From the NCBI GenBank assembly GCA_965205965.1, contig CBDBHT010000004.1:49037-113036 (forward strand): a stretch of DNA of 64,000 nucleotides, read 5' to 3'. The DNA is from Candidatus Azotimanducaceae bacterium. GTDB taxonomy: Bacteria; Pseudomonadota; Gammaproteobacteria; Pseudomonadales; Azotimanducaceae. Under the pieces are notes generated by a model. That model was not told the origin of the DNA and did no database searches. It saw nothing but the letters and a program-made list of their open reading frames with translations. How positions within the stretch are numbered: the first letter of the stretch is position 1; the number at the start of each line of letters is the position of its first letter. Positions 63,087-64,000 of this stretch are shown in pieces. Made by a program: the position numbers and the translations under genes.

Positions 63087-64000
63087 ATGATTCGGAAAGA
63101 TTATACGCACAATGCCACGAAGAAGTCGGCAAGCCATCATCTGGCGGACGATGAGGAGTTTGTGAGGCGGCTGGTGCAGGAGACGCTCAACGAGGTTCTG
63201 GAGAGTGAGATGACGGAGTTTCTGGGAGCGGGCAAGAGCGAGCGGACGCGGACGCGCCAGGGCTACCGTTCTGGATACTACCGGCGCGATCTGACGATGA
63301 AGGTGGGCGCGATCGAACTGGGAGTTCCGCAGGAACGCAACGGCCAGTTCAGCACGCGGGTGTTCGAGCGCTATCAGCGTTCGGAGAAGGCCCTGGTGGC
63401 GGTGCTGTCGGAGATGTATGTGCAGGGGGTCTCGACGCGTCGGGTGAGCCGACTGGCGGAGGGTCTGTGCGGTCACGAGTTTTCGCTGGCGACGATCTCG
63501 GCTATGGTGTCGAAGCTGGACGCGTCCCTGAAGGCGTTTGCGGAACGTCGGCTGGAGGAGGCGTATCCGTATGTGTTGCTGGATGCCCGGTATGAGAAGG
63601 TGCGTGAGGAGGACTCGGTGCGTTCCCGGGCAGTGCAGATTGCCATCGGGATTGACGGCGAGGGTCGGCGTCAGGTGCTGGCGGTGGAAGTGGCGAACCG
63701 GGAAAGCGAGGGGTCGTGGACGGAATTCCTCTCGCATCTGAAGGAACGTGGCCTGCGGGGAGTCGAGTATGTGGTCTCGGACCGTCATGAGGGATTGAAG
63801 CATGCGATCTCGAAAGTGTTGCCGACCGCGTTGTGGCAACGGTGCTGCGTCCATTTTCTGCGCAATGCCAGGGACAAGCTGTCCCGGAGTGCTGATCCCG
63901 CGTGTCTGGAGGGTTTGAAACGGTTGTGGGGCTGTGAGCACGTCGGGGAGGCTCGTGAGGCACTGGGTGCCTGGGTAGCCCGTTGGGGCGATGAGAAAGG
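63087..64000 (+). CDS. IS256-family (Mutator-type) transposase, 5' part; runs off the window
   Basis: Not in the supplied ORF track (no stop in the window). My translation from ATG 63087 (RBS AAGGAG at 63075): MIRKDYTHNATKK..LVQETLNEVLESEMTEFLGAGKSERT..RQGYRSGYYRRDLTMKVGAIELGVPQERNGQFST..YQRSEKAL..EMYVQGVSTRRV..YPYVLLDARYEKVRE..VQIAIGIDGEGRRQVL..ESEGSWTEFL..LKERGL.GVEYVVSDRHEGLKHAI..ALWQRCCVHFLRN. This is the canonical IS256 pattern. The long minus-strand ORFs here are shadows. Confidence 0.85.
   Translation, partial: MIRKDYTHNATKKSASHHLADDEEFVRRLVQETLNEVLESEMTEFLGAGKSERTRTRQGYRSGYYRRDLTMKVGAIELGVPQERNGQFSTRVFERYQRSEKALVAVLSEMYVQGVSTRRVSRLAEGLCGHEFSLATISAMVSKLDASLKAFAERRLEEAYPYVLLDARYEKVREEDSVRSRAVQIAIGIDGEGRRQVLAVEVANRESEGSWTEFLSHLKERGLRGVEYVVSDRHEGLKHAISKVLPTALWQRCCVHFLRNARDKLSRSADPACLEGLKRLWGCEHVGEAREALGAWVARWGDEK

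Noticed and set aside
1-64000. Explaining the alternating GC blocks as a chimeric or contaminated assembly.
   Set aside because: Each block is bounded by matching inverted repeats and exact target-site duplications. Excision restores host or IS reading frames (for example at 10010-12714 and at 37235-42883). A chimeric assembly would not produce that.

Overview
This window looks like a proteobacterial chromosome segment of moderate to low G+C. It carries ordinary housekeeping genes: grx-like, tatD, slt, uspA, cytochrome c, norCB, leuCDB-asd-truA, an ArsC-family gene, degP/htrA, modABC, an M48 peptidase, tRNA-Asn, a 2Fe-2S ferredoxin, a TerB-like gene, xthA, an MFS transporter, larBCE, two aldo/keto reductases, a TrmH-family methyltransferase and a HIT protein. 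It is heavily colonised by visibly G+C-rich insertion sequences. Summing my element coordinates, about 25 kb of 64 kb (about 40%) is IS-derived. At least nine lineages are present: two IS4-type lineages, a DUF4338-plus-IS4 fusion element, IS1380, IS3, an IS5/IS1182-like 1.8-kb element, an IS5/IS427-type element, two IS630 lineages, an ISAs1-derived MITE, IS256 and an InsH-like remnant. Many insertions have exact inverted repeats and target-site duplications, and several are nested up to four deep. Most transposase genes carry frameshifts or deletions. Four look intact or nearly so: IS1380, one IS630, one IS4-type copy and the partial IS256. Host genes also show decay: norB is frameshifted, norC has no canonical start, one gene is split by IS1380, and rubredoxin is scrambled. 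All coordinates come from manual counting. All family calls come from remembered motifs, not searches. Some frameshifts sit at homopolymers and could be sequencing errors.
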